From positions 33,790,001 to 33,854,000 of the forward strand of contig NC_091475.1 in assembly GCF_036971445.1 (NCBI RefSeq): DNA of 64,000 nucleotides. Reading direction: 5' to 3'. A model generated the notes under the pieces. That model had not been told where the DNA came from, ran no database searches, and was given only the letters and a program-made list of their open reading frames with translations. Each line of letters begins with the position of its first letter. The first letter of the stretch is position 1. This document shows, in pieces, positions 1-13,875 of the stretch. This stretch comes from Narcine bancroftii. Taxonomy: Eukaryota. A program made the translations under genes and the position numbers.

Positions 1-759
1 CATCCTCCAGCAGAATGATCCTGGTGTTTAGCAAATGCAAAACTGCAGGACACACAGTTCACAAAACACCCTTATGGGCACTTGTGCACATGTCACAACA
101 AGTTGGTTTGCATGTGGAGCAGGTAATCAGAAAGACAAATGGGACATCGGCCTTCATTGCCAGGGGGATTGAGTTTAAGAGCAGGGGAATTTTGCTGCAA
201 CTGTACAAGGTACTGCTGAGGCTGTCCCTGGAGTACTGCATACAGTTCTGGTCTCCTTAATTAAGAATAAATATAATGGCTTTGGAGGTGGTGCAGAGGA
301 GGTTCACCTGGTTGGTGCTTCACTGTCTGGTATGGGAAGTGCTCTGCCCAAGATGACAAGAAACCATGGAGAATTGTGAACGTGGCTCAGGACATCACAA
401 ACGTACCCCTCGCCTCTATGACTAACTATAACTCCCACTACCTTGGAAAAGCAGCCAATATATTTTTTAAAAACTCATCTCACCCAGCCACACTCTTAAC
501 CCACCTCCCATCAGAAAGAAGATTCATGTGTGAAATCAAGTACCACCAGATTCAAGGAGTTTCTTTCCTGTCATTATCAGACTCTTCAATGTGCCTTAAT
601 AAATTCATTGCCTTTGCTCCATATCAATTGATGTCTCTCCGTAACTCTGCAGTTTTGTACTGTGTCTTAAATGTTGTCCAATGTATGAGATGTCTAACAG
701 GACTGCTCGCAAAAAAAAGCTCCATCACTGCATCCTAGCCCTTGGGGGACAGTGTGTTC

Positions 760-1325
760 CGGATTTCAGAACAAAAGCCAGCTGCCCCAGATTTAAGCCC
801 ACTCGAATTGTGCTGCCATATTCACCCCCTTCCAGTCGCGCTGCCGTCTCTCCCTCTCCCCACCCACCTGAGTCATGCTGCCGTCTCTCTCCCCCCCCAC
901 CGCTCGCCCGAGTTGCGTTGCTGTCTCTCTCCCCCCTCCACCCCCCAAGTCGCTCGTCTCCAACAAAAGGAGCGGGAGGCAGGGTCCGCTGCGCACGGAG
1001 CGAGGGGGAAGGCATCGCCAACGAGACGTTCAGTCCGGCGTCGCCGCTGAAGCGCAGACCCAGCGAGGATGGTCCCTAACTCCAGCCGCATCTGTGTGTC
1101 CGGGAGCCGGGCGGGCTGAGTGCGGCACTCTGATCCCCGGGATCCGGGACTCTGAGATCCCTCCACACCTCCAGCGTCTTCATTTTCACCTTCAGTGTGC
1201 ATGCGCTATACTGGCGCGGCGGCCAGCGGGCCAACTCTAATATTTATTTAATATGATCTTGCGGGCCAAATGTAATTATATCATGGGCCAAATTTGGCCC
1301 GCGGGCCAGAGTTTGACATGTGTGC
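760..1325. mobile_element. Truncated GC-rich hAT-like non-autonomous DNA transposon
   Basis: Right end GGCCCGCGGGCCAGAGTTTGACATGTGTG with repeated GCGGGCC subterminal motifs; left TIR not found. Confidence 0.55.
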
Positions 1326-1705
1326 TCTAGAGATTCTGGAGTGGATTTAGGATAGAAATAAAGAGTAACTGCTTCTCTTAGGGAGTAGTGAATCTGTGGA
1401 ATTCTCTGCCCAAGAAAGCAGTAGAGGCCACCTCATTGAGTGAGTTAGATTTTTGAATAGTAGTGGAATTAAAGGTTATTGGGAACAGACAGTGAGGTGA
1501 ACTGAGTCCATGCCCAGATCAGCCATGATCTGATTGAATGGCGGACCAGACTCGATGGACCAGATGTCCAATTCCTGCTGCTATTTCTTGAGATCATGCT
1601 AGTTGATGGGATATCTCTTCCCTCTGAGGTTCATGCAAGTGACCTGAACTCCATCCAAAGTCAAGAATATTTGTGGATCAGCCGGTGTCATCGGCTGTCT
1701 TGTAC

Positions 1706-1829
1706 CTTCGTTAATTGGCAGCAATGTGATGGCGATGCTCAATCGTCCTCGTCCCAGACTCACGAGATGGGGTCTCTCTGATTGCATCTTCAAACCCTTC
1801 CCGATGTCGATGATGTCCAATGAAGTGCT
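1706..1829 (-). CDS. PHLDB2: PHLDB/LL5-family second coding exon (STSLDIIDIGKGLKMQSERPHLVSLGRGRLSIAITLLPINE-G), leading into the FHA domain; gene continues left of the window
   Basis: Aligns without gaps to the recalled PHLDB1 N-terminus (KGPLDLIETGKGLKVQTDKPHLVSLGSGRLSTAITLLPLEEG). 124 nt, cag acceptor, gtacaa donor, phase 0 to 1. Family is confident; the paralogue call PHLDB2 rests on lying downstream of PLCXD2 in the same orientation, as in human. Confidence 0.85.
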
Positions 1830-4800
1830 CTGTGAATGAACCAAAACCAGTGTCACTCCCACTGCTCTCCCCTCTGTCTTTTCACCACTTTACATGAAAG
1901 TTACATGAGGAAAAACTGCAGACAATCTGGACACAGAAAGATCCCACTGAGGATGAGTTTATAGCCCTGTATGCAAGTACAATCTGCAGATACACTGAAA
2001 TTCTTGCTTACAAATTGCAATGATAACAACTTAATCTTCATGCACATTGTACAAAATACTGTACATATTCACCAAATTTTGCTTGCTACAGCCGAATGGG
2101 TATTGTAAAGACAAATTTTAACAGTAAACTAATTTTTTGGGCTTGCAAAATGGGTAAGGACCACAACCATACTGCAGACATCTTTCAGCTACTCCTGTCG
2201 GGTAAGAGATACAGGAGTATTTGAGCCAGGCTGAAAAACGGCTTCTTCCCACGGGCAGTGAGACCGCAGAACAACTGATGAACTGCTCATACAAACCCTC
2301 TGTGTCTCTACTATTTATTTAACAATAACTGTCATTTATTTTAATATTTGGACATACTGTATGTATAAGTACTGTGCATATGTATCATTTGTCTGTGTTA
2401 TGTCTGCATGTGTGCTTGCAGGGTGTTGCACCGAGGACTGGAGAATGCTGTTTCGTCAGGTTGTAATTGTACAATCAGATGATAAATAAACTTGAACTGA
2501 ATTAAATTAATACAGTAGATAATAAATATTCACAGTAATCCTCGTGCTAGAAAAGTGACATGCAGACAGTCCATGAAGAGTGTACCAAAAGGAGGTTCAA
2601 AAGACTGATAGCTGTTAGAAACTGTCTTGAACCTCGAGGTGTCAGTCTTCAGGCTTTTGTACCTTCTGCCCAAAGGTAGCAGTGAGAAGAGGCTGTGACC
2701 AGTTTGACAGGAGTCCTTTATGATCTTGACTTCATTCTTAAGGCATCACCTCACAAAGATATCTTCAAAGGATGAGAGGTCAAAGCCTACGATGGACATG
2801 TCTATGTTTACTACATTCTACAGCCCTGTACATTTGCATGACCAAACCAGCCTGTGATATAACCAGCCAATATACTTTCCACAATGTACCTGTGGAAGTT
2901 TGATAGAATTACTGACAACATGCCTCATCTCCTTAGACCGCTTAGACAGCAGAGGTGTTGGTGAGCCTTCTTCACGGTTGCCTCGTTGTAATGAACCTAG
3001 GAAAGTTCTGCTGAGATGTGGACTCCTTAAACCTTGAAGATTTCAACCATCTCTACCTCCTTCCCATCAATGCAGATAGATGTGTGGTCCCTCAGCTTTT
3101 CCAGTGCTGTATGCCATGCTCAAATACTAACTGAATAAAAGTCACAGAAGTGTTTTGAGTTTTCACCAGTAAAGATCTACATTCGCATTAGACTTTAAAA
3201 CTTGCTCTTTCAGAATGCGGCGTTGTGCTGCTAATCAACTGCATAATTCATGGTCACATGATTAAACCTACTGATGAGTAGTACGACTGGCTAATGTGAA
3301 CCCTTACTGGTGAGTCATAGGGCTGAAGGGCCTGTTTCTGTGTTGAATAGTTCCATGCCTCAATGAGAATAGGTTGGTTGGGTTGGGTAGGGGAATGCCA
3401 TTGTGCGAATTGCTCTGTGAGCTAATGTCAACTCAATGGGCCAACTTGTATGAGGGCTATTTCCTGTTCTTCCAGTGAACTGGGAAGACATGGTGAAAGC
3501 AGATTTGGCTGGTCTTTTCCAGTTCTTTGAGATGTCCAATGTCAATGTACTCTCCCAGGCCAACTTCCTCAGTGTCGATGCCCTAGTTTCATTCACTCAG
3601 CCTCACCATTCCCAAGCCTGAGGCCTGATTCCCCAAACTCTATCCTGATGAAGAGGTCATTAAGCGGAGAGAGGAGATCGTTCAGAACCTCCTTAGAAAA
3701 AGTCAACACTCCCCAGTGATTCCTGGGGAACCTTGACACCTGACCATTCAAGATCAAGATGAAACATTCGAGATGGTATGTACAACTATCAGGCTCTTGC
3801 AGCTCCCAGCAATTCCTTCACCAAAACATAACTTCAAGAACATCACATATCCATCTGCTCTTTCATTTCCAAATGTGAATATTTATTATTTTTCCCCTTA
3901 TTTCTATATATTTTTTCTCTTTTAATGTATTGTGTTTTATGTTGCTGCAACAAATAAGATTTTCATTTGCATCGATACATTATACTCCTGTATTTGATTG
4001 ACCAGTTACTGTGGTGTATTAAAAAAAAATACAAAGAAATGGACATTTGAAGTCTTTGGGCTCATTAACTGTGGTTTCGAGTTTATTGTCATGTGTACCG
4101 AGGTACAGTGAGAAAGTTCCTTTTGAGAGGAGTCTAGCTCATCAGCCCTAACATTGTACAGCAGTGAAAACAGTTGAGTTCAATGTTACAGAAAGAGATC
4201 AGTTATAACAGAACAAAGGCAGCATTATTTTCCTGGTGGGAGGTTCATTCGGAAGTCTGGTAACGGCAGGATAGAAACCCTCTTCTAATCTGGTGGTGTG
4301 CGGTCTCACACTCGTGAATCTTCTTCTTGATGGGAGAAAGATGAAGAGAATATGGCCAGGGTGGGATGTGTCTTTTACTATGTTACGCAGACAAAGAATT
4401 GCTGGAGGAACTCAGCAGGTCAGGCAGCATCCATGGATAGAAAGGGTCAGTCAACATTCTGAGTCAGAGCCATTTATCAAGAGTCATAGAGCACAGAACA
4501 GGCCCTAAATATTTGCACTCTCACCTTAATCTCCTTATAAGATATCTCACCTTAACATTATTAAGTGTTTGAATATAATCAATCAAAGTCCCATTTGCTC
4601 TTTGAAGAAATCAAAGCAATACTGTGACAAAAATCAAACATCAAATCTAAATTTTTCCTTTAACCAATGCCTAAAAGACTTGAGTTTCGATGAAGGGTTC
4701 AGGCCTGAAACGTTGAATATTTCTACCAAAGGATGCTGTCTGACCTGCTGAGTTCTTCTAGAACTTCTTTATCTGCTCAAGATTTGCACTTCTCTATATT

Positions 4801-4914
4801 GCCTGCTTTTCCAAGGCAGCAGGAGTTGTAGACTGAATCGATGACTTCATGTGATGGTCTGAGCTGATGTTGATAGTTTTTTTGAAGGACTGATTCTCAC
4901 TACCAGACACTCAC

Positions 4915-4986
4915 TTTTAGCATCCCCAGATCAGTTCTTGGTTCCTCCTTTTCTTCCAAAACTTTCTTATCTTCAGACTTCCCCAT
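4915..4986 (-). CDS. PHLDB2: Probable first coding exon of the PHLDB gene (exon 4915-4989; MGKSEDKKVLEEKEEPRTDLGMLK)
   Basis: Strong acceptor (ttttttttgcag), ATG in good Kozak context (GAGATGG) and donor AAA|gtgagt. The phase 0 end joins in frame to the 1706-1829 exon, mirroring the short ATG exon of PHLDB1. No sequence homology recognised. Confidence 0.6.
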
Positions 4987-6044
4987 CTCCTGCAAAAAAA
5001 AATTTAAAAACACATGCCAGTTTTGGTTAAAGGTCCAAACAATGGAAAGAATGCAGAATTGGAGACCATTCAGCTCCATCCTCATCAGCAAACCAGCCCC
5101 TGTAAACTTCTCCTTTTCCACTAAGTCTGCCTTCCTGTGGAAACTTATTGTAGATCACTCAGTATGTTTTGAAGGCATGTATTTCTGGATCAGAGTGCTT
5201 TGCAGTGCATTACATGCAGTTCGAAGCAATGCCGTTGATCTTAAATCTGGTCACTGCTTTCCCATTTGTGGAAGCAATTCTCCTTATGCAGCCATGAAAG
5301 ATGGGGGTGTTAAGATTGATGTTGGGGTTGGGATCCCTGTTTGAGATATACTGTAATCGACTTGAACAAAAAAGTAGGTGGGAGGATTAGTAGCTTTGCA
5401 GATGACTCTTATTTTGGCAGAGCTGTGGACAATTGAGGAGGATTACAAATAATACAACAGGAAGTTGATCAGTTCCAGATAAAGTCAAGGAAAAAGCAGG
5501 TGGAGTTAATCCAGAGAAGTGTGAGATGTTGAGGTCAAATGTTAGGAGAATGTATACAAGTACTGGCAGGACTCTTAAAAGCTTTGATGTACAGAGGAAT
5601 TCTGGAGGCGCCAGGTCCTTGCCAGACAAGTCGATAGAGTGGTAAAGAAGATGCAGGGCATGCTTGGCTTCAATGGGCGTGGGATTGAGTCTGAAAATAA
5701 AGAGGTCATGTTGTTGCTCTATAAAACTTTGGTAAGAGTATTGTGAATAATGCTTCTCAACTCATTACAGGAAAGACGTGGAGGGTTGGGAAGGAACAGA
5801 AGAGGTTGACCAGGATGTTGCCTGGTTTAGAGGGTATGAGTTATGGTGAGAGGCTGGACAAACTTGGGTTACTTTCTTTGGAGCGTCAGATGCTGAGAGG
5901 TGACCTGATTAAGGTTTTTAAATCATGAGAGGCATTGATAGGGAGGACACCAGAAACTTTACCCAAGGAAAATTAGAAGGCATGTGTTCAAAGTTTGGGG
6001 GAAGATGTTTCAGAGAGATGTGCAGCACCTCCCTGTAACCTCCC

Positions 6045-6283
6045 CCATCCCTATAACCAGTCCCCCTGCTCATCCCTTTAACCTTCCCCATCCCTTTAAC
6101 CTTCCCCCGTCCCTGAAACCTGACCCCGTCCCCATCTCTGCAACCTGCCCGCTTCCCCATCCCTGCAACCTGCCCGCTTCCCCATCCCTGCAACCTGCCC
6201 GCTTCCCCATCCCTGCAACCTGCCCGCTTCCCCATCCCTGCAACCTGCCCGCTTCCCCATCCCTGCAACCTGCCCGCTTCCCC
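6045..6283. repeat. 25-bp minisatellite (CCCCATCCCTGCAACCTGCCCGCTT), ~6 near-perfect copies plus degenerate 5' copies
   Basis: Direct read-out; period 25. Confidence 0.95.
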
Positions 6284-6395
6284 TCTGCTATCACAGTAAG
6301 CTGCCCCCTTTCCCTGCACTGTACTGATCTCCTCCCCATCAGCTGCCTCAGTGTCCCGTTCCAGAATTCCCTCCCAAAACCTGTTTTCTGCTATC

Positions 6396-6396
<1 letters not shown>

Positions 6397-6458
<62 letters not shown>
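6397..6458. repeat. (CA)n microsatellite
   Basis: Direct read-out. Confidence 0.98.
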
Positions 6459-6462
<4 letters not shown>

Positions 6463-7214
6463 TGGCCAGAAACCTCGTCCTGTTGCTGTCACCTGTCTGG
6501 CTCTCCTCCTGTGGAAGAGCCTGATAAGGGTGAATCAGTGTTTGGTCTGTGTGACCAAACCCTAATGATCACCAAATGGATGCCACACAGCAGGCCATTA
6601 CACAAGTAGTTAAAAACCTGCATCTCACTCTTTCCAAACAACCCTTAACACTGGCCCCACAGGAAGGAATTCACCATAAATTGATTCTGCAGATGGAAAC
6701 TTGTTTGGTGTCTGGTGCACTTTGATGCATTGTTTCATACACTTCAGGAAATCTGGCCCCTCCTTTGTCAAGCTGAGCCAAAGGCAGAGAAAGGAACAGC
6801 ACTGATCCCACATCATCTAATATATCCCAAAGCCAGCCCACGCCTGGAATTCTGACCTTTCTGGACTTGATATTGCAATAGAACTTTTGGTGCACAAAGC
6901 CACGATTCATTGACACAGAGAAAGAACAAAAGAGGACTGGCCCTGAAATGAACAACACAGGCAATGACGTTGAGGATGAGTGGCCTCTGGGTGACCACTG
7001 GTAGCAAATCATTCAACCAAAGCAGGAATGCAAGCAGCACCCTCATTGGAGGATGGGCTCAGGGCCTGTTAATAGGCCTCCCATAGCACACACCCAGCCT
7101 TCTCAGCTGCAGGGTTTCAACCAATAGTTCACACACCAGGAAAACACAGCAACCCAGGAGGTAGAGCAACACTGCCTTCACTCTGATTCAAGGATCTGGA
7201 GATGCTACTCTTTT

Positions 7215-7490
7215 ACCATGTCTCAATCAGACACCGATCCCTCCATCCCACTCTACCCCCTTTCCCTGTCTCAGTCAGACACTGGTCCCGCCATCCCACT
7301 GTACCTCCTTGCCCTGTGTCAGTCAGACACTGATCCTTCCATCCCACTATACCCCCTTTCCCTGTCTCAGTCAGACACTGATCCCTCCGTCCCACTGTAC
7401 CCCCTTGTCCTGTGTCAGTTGGAAACCGTTCCCTCAATCCTATTCAATCCCCTCACTCCGTGTCAGTCGGAAACTGATCCATGTCCCACA
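7215..7490. repeat. ~48-bp minisatellite, 5-6 diverged copies (gtcagacactgatccctccatcccact.tacccc)
   Basis: Direct read-out. Confidence 0.9.
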
Positions 7491-8929
7491 CATCCTTTCT
7501 TTGTGGCAATCAAACTCTAAACCTTTAGTTCAGCATCAATGTAACATACTATATTTTTCCTAGTACTAACTGAATATTTATTATCTTTCTTTGTATTAAT
7601 TATCTCTTTTCAATATAATGTACACTATTGCAATGTTTTAATATAAAGCACCTGTTCAGCTGCAGGAAGTAAGAATTTTGGTGCATGTGTACATTGCATA
7701 ATATTCGTTACAATAAATTCATTATCATTATGAGTCCAAAGATTAGGACCAATCCAAACTTAATACTACTCTTCCCTGATATTCCAACCAATCTCATCAT
7801 TTACCCATAGTCGCAATTACAAGTGAATCTTACTGCCCACTTTCTATCTATGGGCCTGTATGGATAATCAAACCCTCCCAAATGCCCAGTGTCACCCCAG
7901 GCTAATCCCACTGTACACATGAATCCTGATGGTATCCCACCATTCCCTCTCATTCCAAAGCCCAATATCAACATGAAAATATACTCACAATCACACTCTC
8001 CTTCCAGTCTGGCATCAATTTAAATTTCCACTCTGCTCTTGCACCCGAGTGGACCTGGATTACTTGGAGCCTAATCCCACTTTCTCTGTTTCCCTGCCTC
8101 TGGGAACACCCCTCTTGCACCCATCCAATTTTCCCTCAAAAACTTCAGTGAGTCCACCCCACGTGCCAGCTTGTAATGTAAGAACATGAGAAACATGAGC
8201 AGGAGTCGGCCATCTGGCCTGTTGAACCTGCTCCGCCATTCAATAAGATCATGGCTTATCTGGCCATGGACTCAACTCCACTTCCTTCCTATTGCACATA
8301 AGCCTTAAAAATCTGCCTGTCTTAAGTACATTCTACTCCTTGGGTGGAAAATTCCACATATTCACTATTCTCTGGGAGAAGCAGTTCCTCCTCATCTGTC
8401 TTAAATCTACTCCCCTCAATCTTATGTCCCTTAGTTCTTGTCTTACCTGCCAGCTTCCCTGTTTCAGCCTTATTTATTCCTTTCATAATTTTATTTAAAT
8501 AAATTAGTTAAATTTGTGAGTTTTTTTTTCCTCCCATCCTCTCACAGTGACAACTTTGAACATTGAATCCTCACTGCTGACCATTTGAAGAGCGAGTCAT
8601 CTTTCTCCCTCTTGCCGTATGAATTGCAACGATTTAAAAATACCAATCAATTTCACCTCAGCCTCTCAGCTTCTGCAGAAATAGCCTTTGTTATTCCAAC
8701 CGCTTCCCAAACGACACTTCCCATTCCACCATTGCCTTGCAAGTGGCATTCTTTTAGGAACAGGCCCTTCATCCTATGTGTCTGTGCTGAACATGATGTC
8801 CAAGTCAAACTAAACCTCTGCTACCTGCATCTGATAAATATTCCTCCATCCCCTTCATATTAATGTGTCTACCTAGAAACCTCTTAAATGCTCCAAATGT
8901 ATCTGCTTCAACTACTCATGGAAAGACAA

Positions 8930-9650
8930 GCCTAGGTAGGGCATACACAGTAAATAGTAGGGCACTGAGGAGTGTAGAGGAACAAAGGGATCTTGGAATT
9001 CAGATACATAATTCTCTGAAAGTGACAGGGTTGTGAAGAAAGCTCTTGACTTTCATAAATCAAAGTATAGAGTAAAAGATTTGGGATGTTATGGTGAGTT
9101 TGTGTTAGACATTGGTGAGGTCAAATTTGAAGTATTGTGTGCGGTTCTGATTGCCAAACTACAGGAAGGATATCAGTAAGATTGAAAGAGTACAGAGAAA
9201 ATTTACTAGGATGTTGCTGGGTCTTCAGGAATTGAGTTACAGGGAAAGATTAAACAGGTTAGGACTTTATTCCTTGGAGTGCAGAAGAATGAGGGGAGAT
9301 TTGATGGAGGTTTACAAAATTATGGGAGGTATAGACAGATTAAATTCGCGTAGGCTCTTTCCACTTAGATTAGGAGAGATAAATACAAGAGGACATGGAT
9401 TTAGGATGACAGGTTTAGGGGGAACATTTTCATTCAGAGGGTGGTGGGAGTGTAGAACGAGTTGCCATCTGACTTGGTAAATGTGGGCTCACTCTTAAGT
9501 TTTAAAAATAAACTGGATAGATACATGGATAGGAGAGGTCTGGAGGGTTATGGAATGGGTACAGGTTAGTGGGACTAGTGGTATGATGTTTCAGCACAGA
9601 CTAGAAGGCCAAATGGCCAGTTTTTCTGTGCTGTAGTGTTCTATGATTCC
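8930..9650 (+). mobile_element. CR1-type LINE 3' fragment; similar pieces at ~100-310, 1330-1590, 5340-6020, 9680-10230(-), 11180-11500, 13225-13960, 37445-38000, 55320-56060(-) and 63380-63850
   Basis: IERVQRKFTRML.GL..LSYRERLNRLGLYSLE.RRMRGDL.EVYKIM...TRGH. Confidence 0.8.
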
Positions 9651-10555
9651 ACTTCTGCCAGCCTGTTCCACACACCTTGCCCTGCACATCTATTACCCTT
9701 CCTCCCTCTCACTTAAAATGCACATCCTCTGGTGTGCAACATTTTTACCCCATGGAAAAGACTTTGACTGTCCACTCTATCAATGCCCCTCATGATTTTA
9801 TAAACTTCCATCAAGTTTTCCCTTCGTTCCAACGCTCCAGAGAAAATAACCCAAGTTTGTCTAATCTCTCCCCATAACTCATACCCTTTAAATCAGGCAA
9901 CATCCTGATAAACTTCTTCTGTACCCTTTCCAAAACCTCCACATTCTTCCTGTAATGGGGCGACCTGAGTTGCACAGAATATTCCAAGTTTGGCCTAACC
10001 AGTGTTATTTAGCTCCAACATGACCTTCTTATTTTTACAGTCAATGCCACACCCAATGAAGTCAAGATACCAGATATCTTTATCACCTTTTTATTAACCT
10101 GTGAGGCCATTTTCAATGAGCTATGGCCTGAACCCCCAGATCCCTCTGCGCATTAACACTTTTAAGACCCTGTATATATTCCCCTTACATTTGACCTCCC
10201 AAATTTCACTCTCTCACACTTGTCAGGTTTTCAGTGGATTTTATGGTCTCTCTATAATGGGGACCCAGTTCTAATTGTACAGTAGCATTAATTATCCCTG
10301 TCAAAAGTGACCATACCTCCATATCCATGGTCGTTACTTTGGTGATCTACCGGCTGGGCTTTGTCACATCCTGCGTTACATGGATGCACAGGTTTCCAAC
10401 ACCTGTTGACAGAGAGGTGACAATAGAATTTAGCATGGTGCATCTGTATTTAAGACTAGGTACAGTGAATGAAGCAACAGAGAGCAAAGATGAGAACTTG
10501 GCCAGGCTTTACTACCTACCTTGAAGAAGGGCTCAGACCAAAAACATAGGTTAAA

Positions 10556-10984
10556 CAGGTATACTCCACTTTATGAAACTTTTCATAAGCCAAATGGTGC
10601 AAAACGAAGAAGTGATTACCATCGATTTCTATGGGAAAATTTTTGAGCATTCTCAGACCCAAAAAACCTACCAAATCGTACCAAATAACACATAAAATCT
10701 AAAATAACACTAACATATAGTAAAAGCAGAATAATATGATAAATACACAGCCTAAATAAAGTAGAATAATATATATACAGTGTAGTTTCGCTTACCAGAA
10801 TTGGAAAGACATCGAGTTTTGACAGCCCCCCGACCACTCTGTGACCGCCCTGCTGGCTGCGCACTGACAGCTCTACCAGCCACTTTTTTGTAAAAGCAAA
10901 AATCCTTTCATAAAAGTGGACGCAGGTTTTTTTCGTAAAAGCGAATTTGCTCAAAGCGAATATTCGTAAAGCGGGGTATACCTG
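10556..10984. mobile_element. Tc1/pogo(Tigger)-type MITE
   Basis: ~22-bp TIRs CAGGTATACTCCACTTTATGAA / TTCGTAAAGCGGGGTATACCTG, followed by TA on the right; inserted into a Penelope-terminal-repeat remnant. Confidence 0.75.
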
Positions 10985-11989
10985 TACATCTTTACCTACT
11001 ATGGACGCTGCGAGTTCCTTCAGCATCTCTGTTTGTTTACAAGGTTTACTGTTCCTTTCCTTGCTGCATAATGTGGAAAGATTGGAAAAGGCAAAAAGGC
11101 CATCATGTGCAACTCTTCACCATTTCCAGTCCTAAGTTACTCCCTGAACACCTGAAGATTTCAGAGAATTTCAGAGTTCAGCACAGGGCTGCTGGGCTTG
11201 AACTATAAAGAGAAACGGGACAGACTGGGACTTTTCCCCCTCCTAATAAAGGGCATAGGAAAGATGGATGATTACAGAGTAGGGGGACCTAAAATTACGA
11301 GGCATATATTTAAGGTGAGAGGGGCACCTTCTTCACACAAAGGGTTGGGGATATGTGGAATGATCTATCAGAATAAATGGCAGAGGTGGGCAAGTGTATC
11401 ATTAAGAAGACATTTATATAAATGCAGGAAAATGAGACTAGCTTGGGTCAGCATGGACAAGTAGGACCGAAGGGTCTGTATCCATGCTGTAAAACTCTGA
11501 CTTTTTATTCACTACAAGGTCATTTTCTTTAGTGAATGGTCCCAAATTAGCACAGGGTACAAGAGATTGTTTGTTCTTTGGAACCCGCAGAGGCCAGAAT
11601 TCATTGCCATCCCGATGTGTACCTGAGAAGTTGGAGGTAGGTGCTTTCTCGAACTGGTGCAGTCCTTCAGGTGAAGAGCTGTTAGGGAAGGAGTTGCAGG
11701 ATCTCAATCCATCAACAGCAAAGAACCAGTGATGTATTTCCAAGTCAGCATGGTACACATCTCAGAGAGCAACCCACTGTTCTTCCCCTTCTTATTCAAA
11801 GAGTTGCACAGCACAGGAACAGCTCCTTTGACCCGACTCCTCCATGCTCACCCAGTTGCCTACCTGAACTACAGATTTGTAAACACACACACTTGAATCC
11901 AAGACATGGAAGGGATATGTTTCTATTGCTGGATGTTGTGATCAGATGGTCAGTGTAGATATGGTTGGAAAAAGGGCCTGTTTTCTACA

Positions 11990-13220
11990 GAGGGAAATGA
12001 CCAGGTCTTGCCAGGTCTGCACAGAGTGCAAGCCGCACTTCTACCACCCCACAAAGGTGCACCTGATTAAGTCATCCAGGCCCTTTGAACACCTCAGTGT
12101 CGATTTTAAGGGACCTCTCCCCTTCCACAAAAGGGAGCATTTTCTTCCTCTCTATCATTGATGAGTACTCCCGCTTCCCGTTCGCCATCCCATGTCCAGT
12201 CACATCCACTTCATCAGTCATAAAGGCCCTAGGTTCGATTTTCGCCTTTTTCGGGTATCCCAGCTATATACATAGCAACCAGGACTCATCCTTTAGGAGT
12301 GAAGAGCTACGTCAGTACCTGCTAGCAAGAGGCATCGCATCCAGCAGGACTACTAGCTACAAACCCCGGGGGAACAGGCAGATTGAAAAGGAGAACACCA
12401 TGGTCTGAAAGGCTGTCAAACTGGCCCTCAAGTCAAAAGGCCTTTCAGACTCACACTACCAGGAAGTTCTTCCTCTGGCCCTCCATTCCATCCGGTCGCT
12501 ACTATGTAAGCAACCAAAACTATCCCTCACGAGCTCCTATTCAATTTCGAGAGAAAGTTGGCATTGGGAACTACACTCCCAACCTGGCTCACCACTCCTG
12601 GTCCGGTCCTTCTCAGGAAGCAGGTGAGGAGAAGCAAGATTGACGCCCTGTGGAAAGGGAGAAACTGCTCCACACCAATCCCTCATATGCCTATGTGGAG
12701 TACCTGGATGGCAGGGAGGACACCGTCTCCATCAGGGACCTGGCATCCACTGGAATAGAGGGTCTGTTGCCTCAAGTGCCCTATGAGCTGTGGAGCTCAT
12801 TCTCACCACTCCCAGTCAGGGCCTCAGGGAATCTGGTTCAGGAGGAAAATGCGTCCCCTCCACTGAGGAGCTGGAGACCTCCCCCCCCACCACTCCTCCC
12901 TCATAAGGGGACCAGAAGACCCAAGGAGTCCAAGGCCCTCCCAAGCTTAGGTGCTCCACCAGGATCTCCACAACCCCAGACTGCTTAAAGTTGTAAAAAA
13001 CTGTATATTTTTCAATTTTTTTTTTCTGAATCATTGTTCTTTGTCTTCATCCACAGACCCTAAATTCTGCAGGAAGGGGTGAATGCAGTGAACTGAGATT
13101 CACTGGTGGCATGTGGTACTGAGCCATTTTGAAGACCACTGTAAGTCCCTACCCTCTGTAATAAGCTAATAAAAGCATATGTTCTCCTTCCTGTCATGAG
13201 AGCTTATTCATGCTACAACA
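11990..13220 (+). mobile_element. Degenerate Gypsy-type LTR retrotransposon 3' end (integrase, PPT, short 3' LTR)
   Basis: CQVCTECK zinc-finger end, PFEHLSVDFKGPLP, IIDEYSRFPFAIP, GN.Q.E; frameshifts and stops; purine tract AGGAAGGGGTGAA then TG...ACAACA LTR at ~13084-13220 with AATAAA. Confidence 0.85.
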
Positions 13221-13614
13221 AGACACTGAGGTGACCATAGTATTGTGTGTAGTCTGGTCACCCATTATACAAAGGACATCAGTAAATCGGAAGGGGTGCA
13301 CAAGAGATTCAGCAGGGATATTGCCAGAATTGTTAAGCTACTGGAAGAGGTTGCATAGGCTGGGACTTTTTTCCTCAAAATATACTGTAGGAGGCTGAGT
13401 GGTGATTTAATAGAGTTTTATAAAATCATCCGGGGGATGGATAAAGTGAATGCTCAGTCTTTCTTTTCATCATAGATGATTTCAGAACTAGAGAGCATGA
13501 GATGAATAAAGAGAGATTAAAAAGGACCTAAAAGACAATTCCTTTACTCAGACTGTGGACTGTCTCTGGAACAAGGTGTCAGGGGAAGCTATTGAAGAGG
13601 GCCTCTGACTTTTA

Positions 13615-13875
13615 GGGTGGCACAATTGGCATAAATGTTAGCGCAACACCTTTACAGTGCCAGTGATCGGGACCAGGGTTTGAATCCCACGCTGTCTGTA
13701 AGGAGTTTGTATGCTCTCCCAGTATCTGCATGGGTTTTCCCAGGGGGCTCTGGTTTCCTCCCACCATCCAAATCATACCAGGGGGGTTATAAGTTAAATA
13801 GGTGTAAATTGGGGGGCATGAACACGTGGGCCGAAATGGCTGTTACTATGCTGTACATCTAAATTTAATTTAAAT
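13615..13875 (+). mobile_element. tRNA-derived V-type SINE; other copies at ~13970-14260, 17680-17920(-), 23503-23720, 39010-39240, 59985-60195 and 62695-62910
   Basis: A/B-box-like head (tggcat..ttagcg...gggtttgaatccc) and a V-domain-like core (ctccc.gtgtctgc.tgggttt.c..ggg.ctctggtttcctccca). Confidence 0.72.

Noticed and set aside
681-1240. GC-rich segment as a gene promoter or coding exons
   Set aside because: Lies inside a hAT-like element end; ORFs are low-complexity in several frames.
7215-7490. CRISPR-like periodic array
   Set aside because: Whole units repeat, with no unique spacers and no cas genes, in a eukaryotic context.
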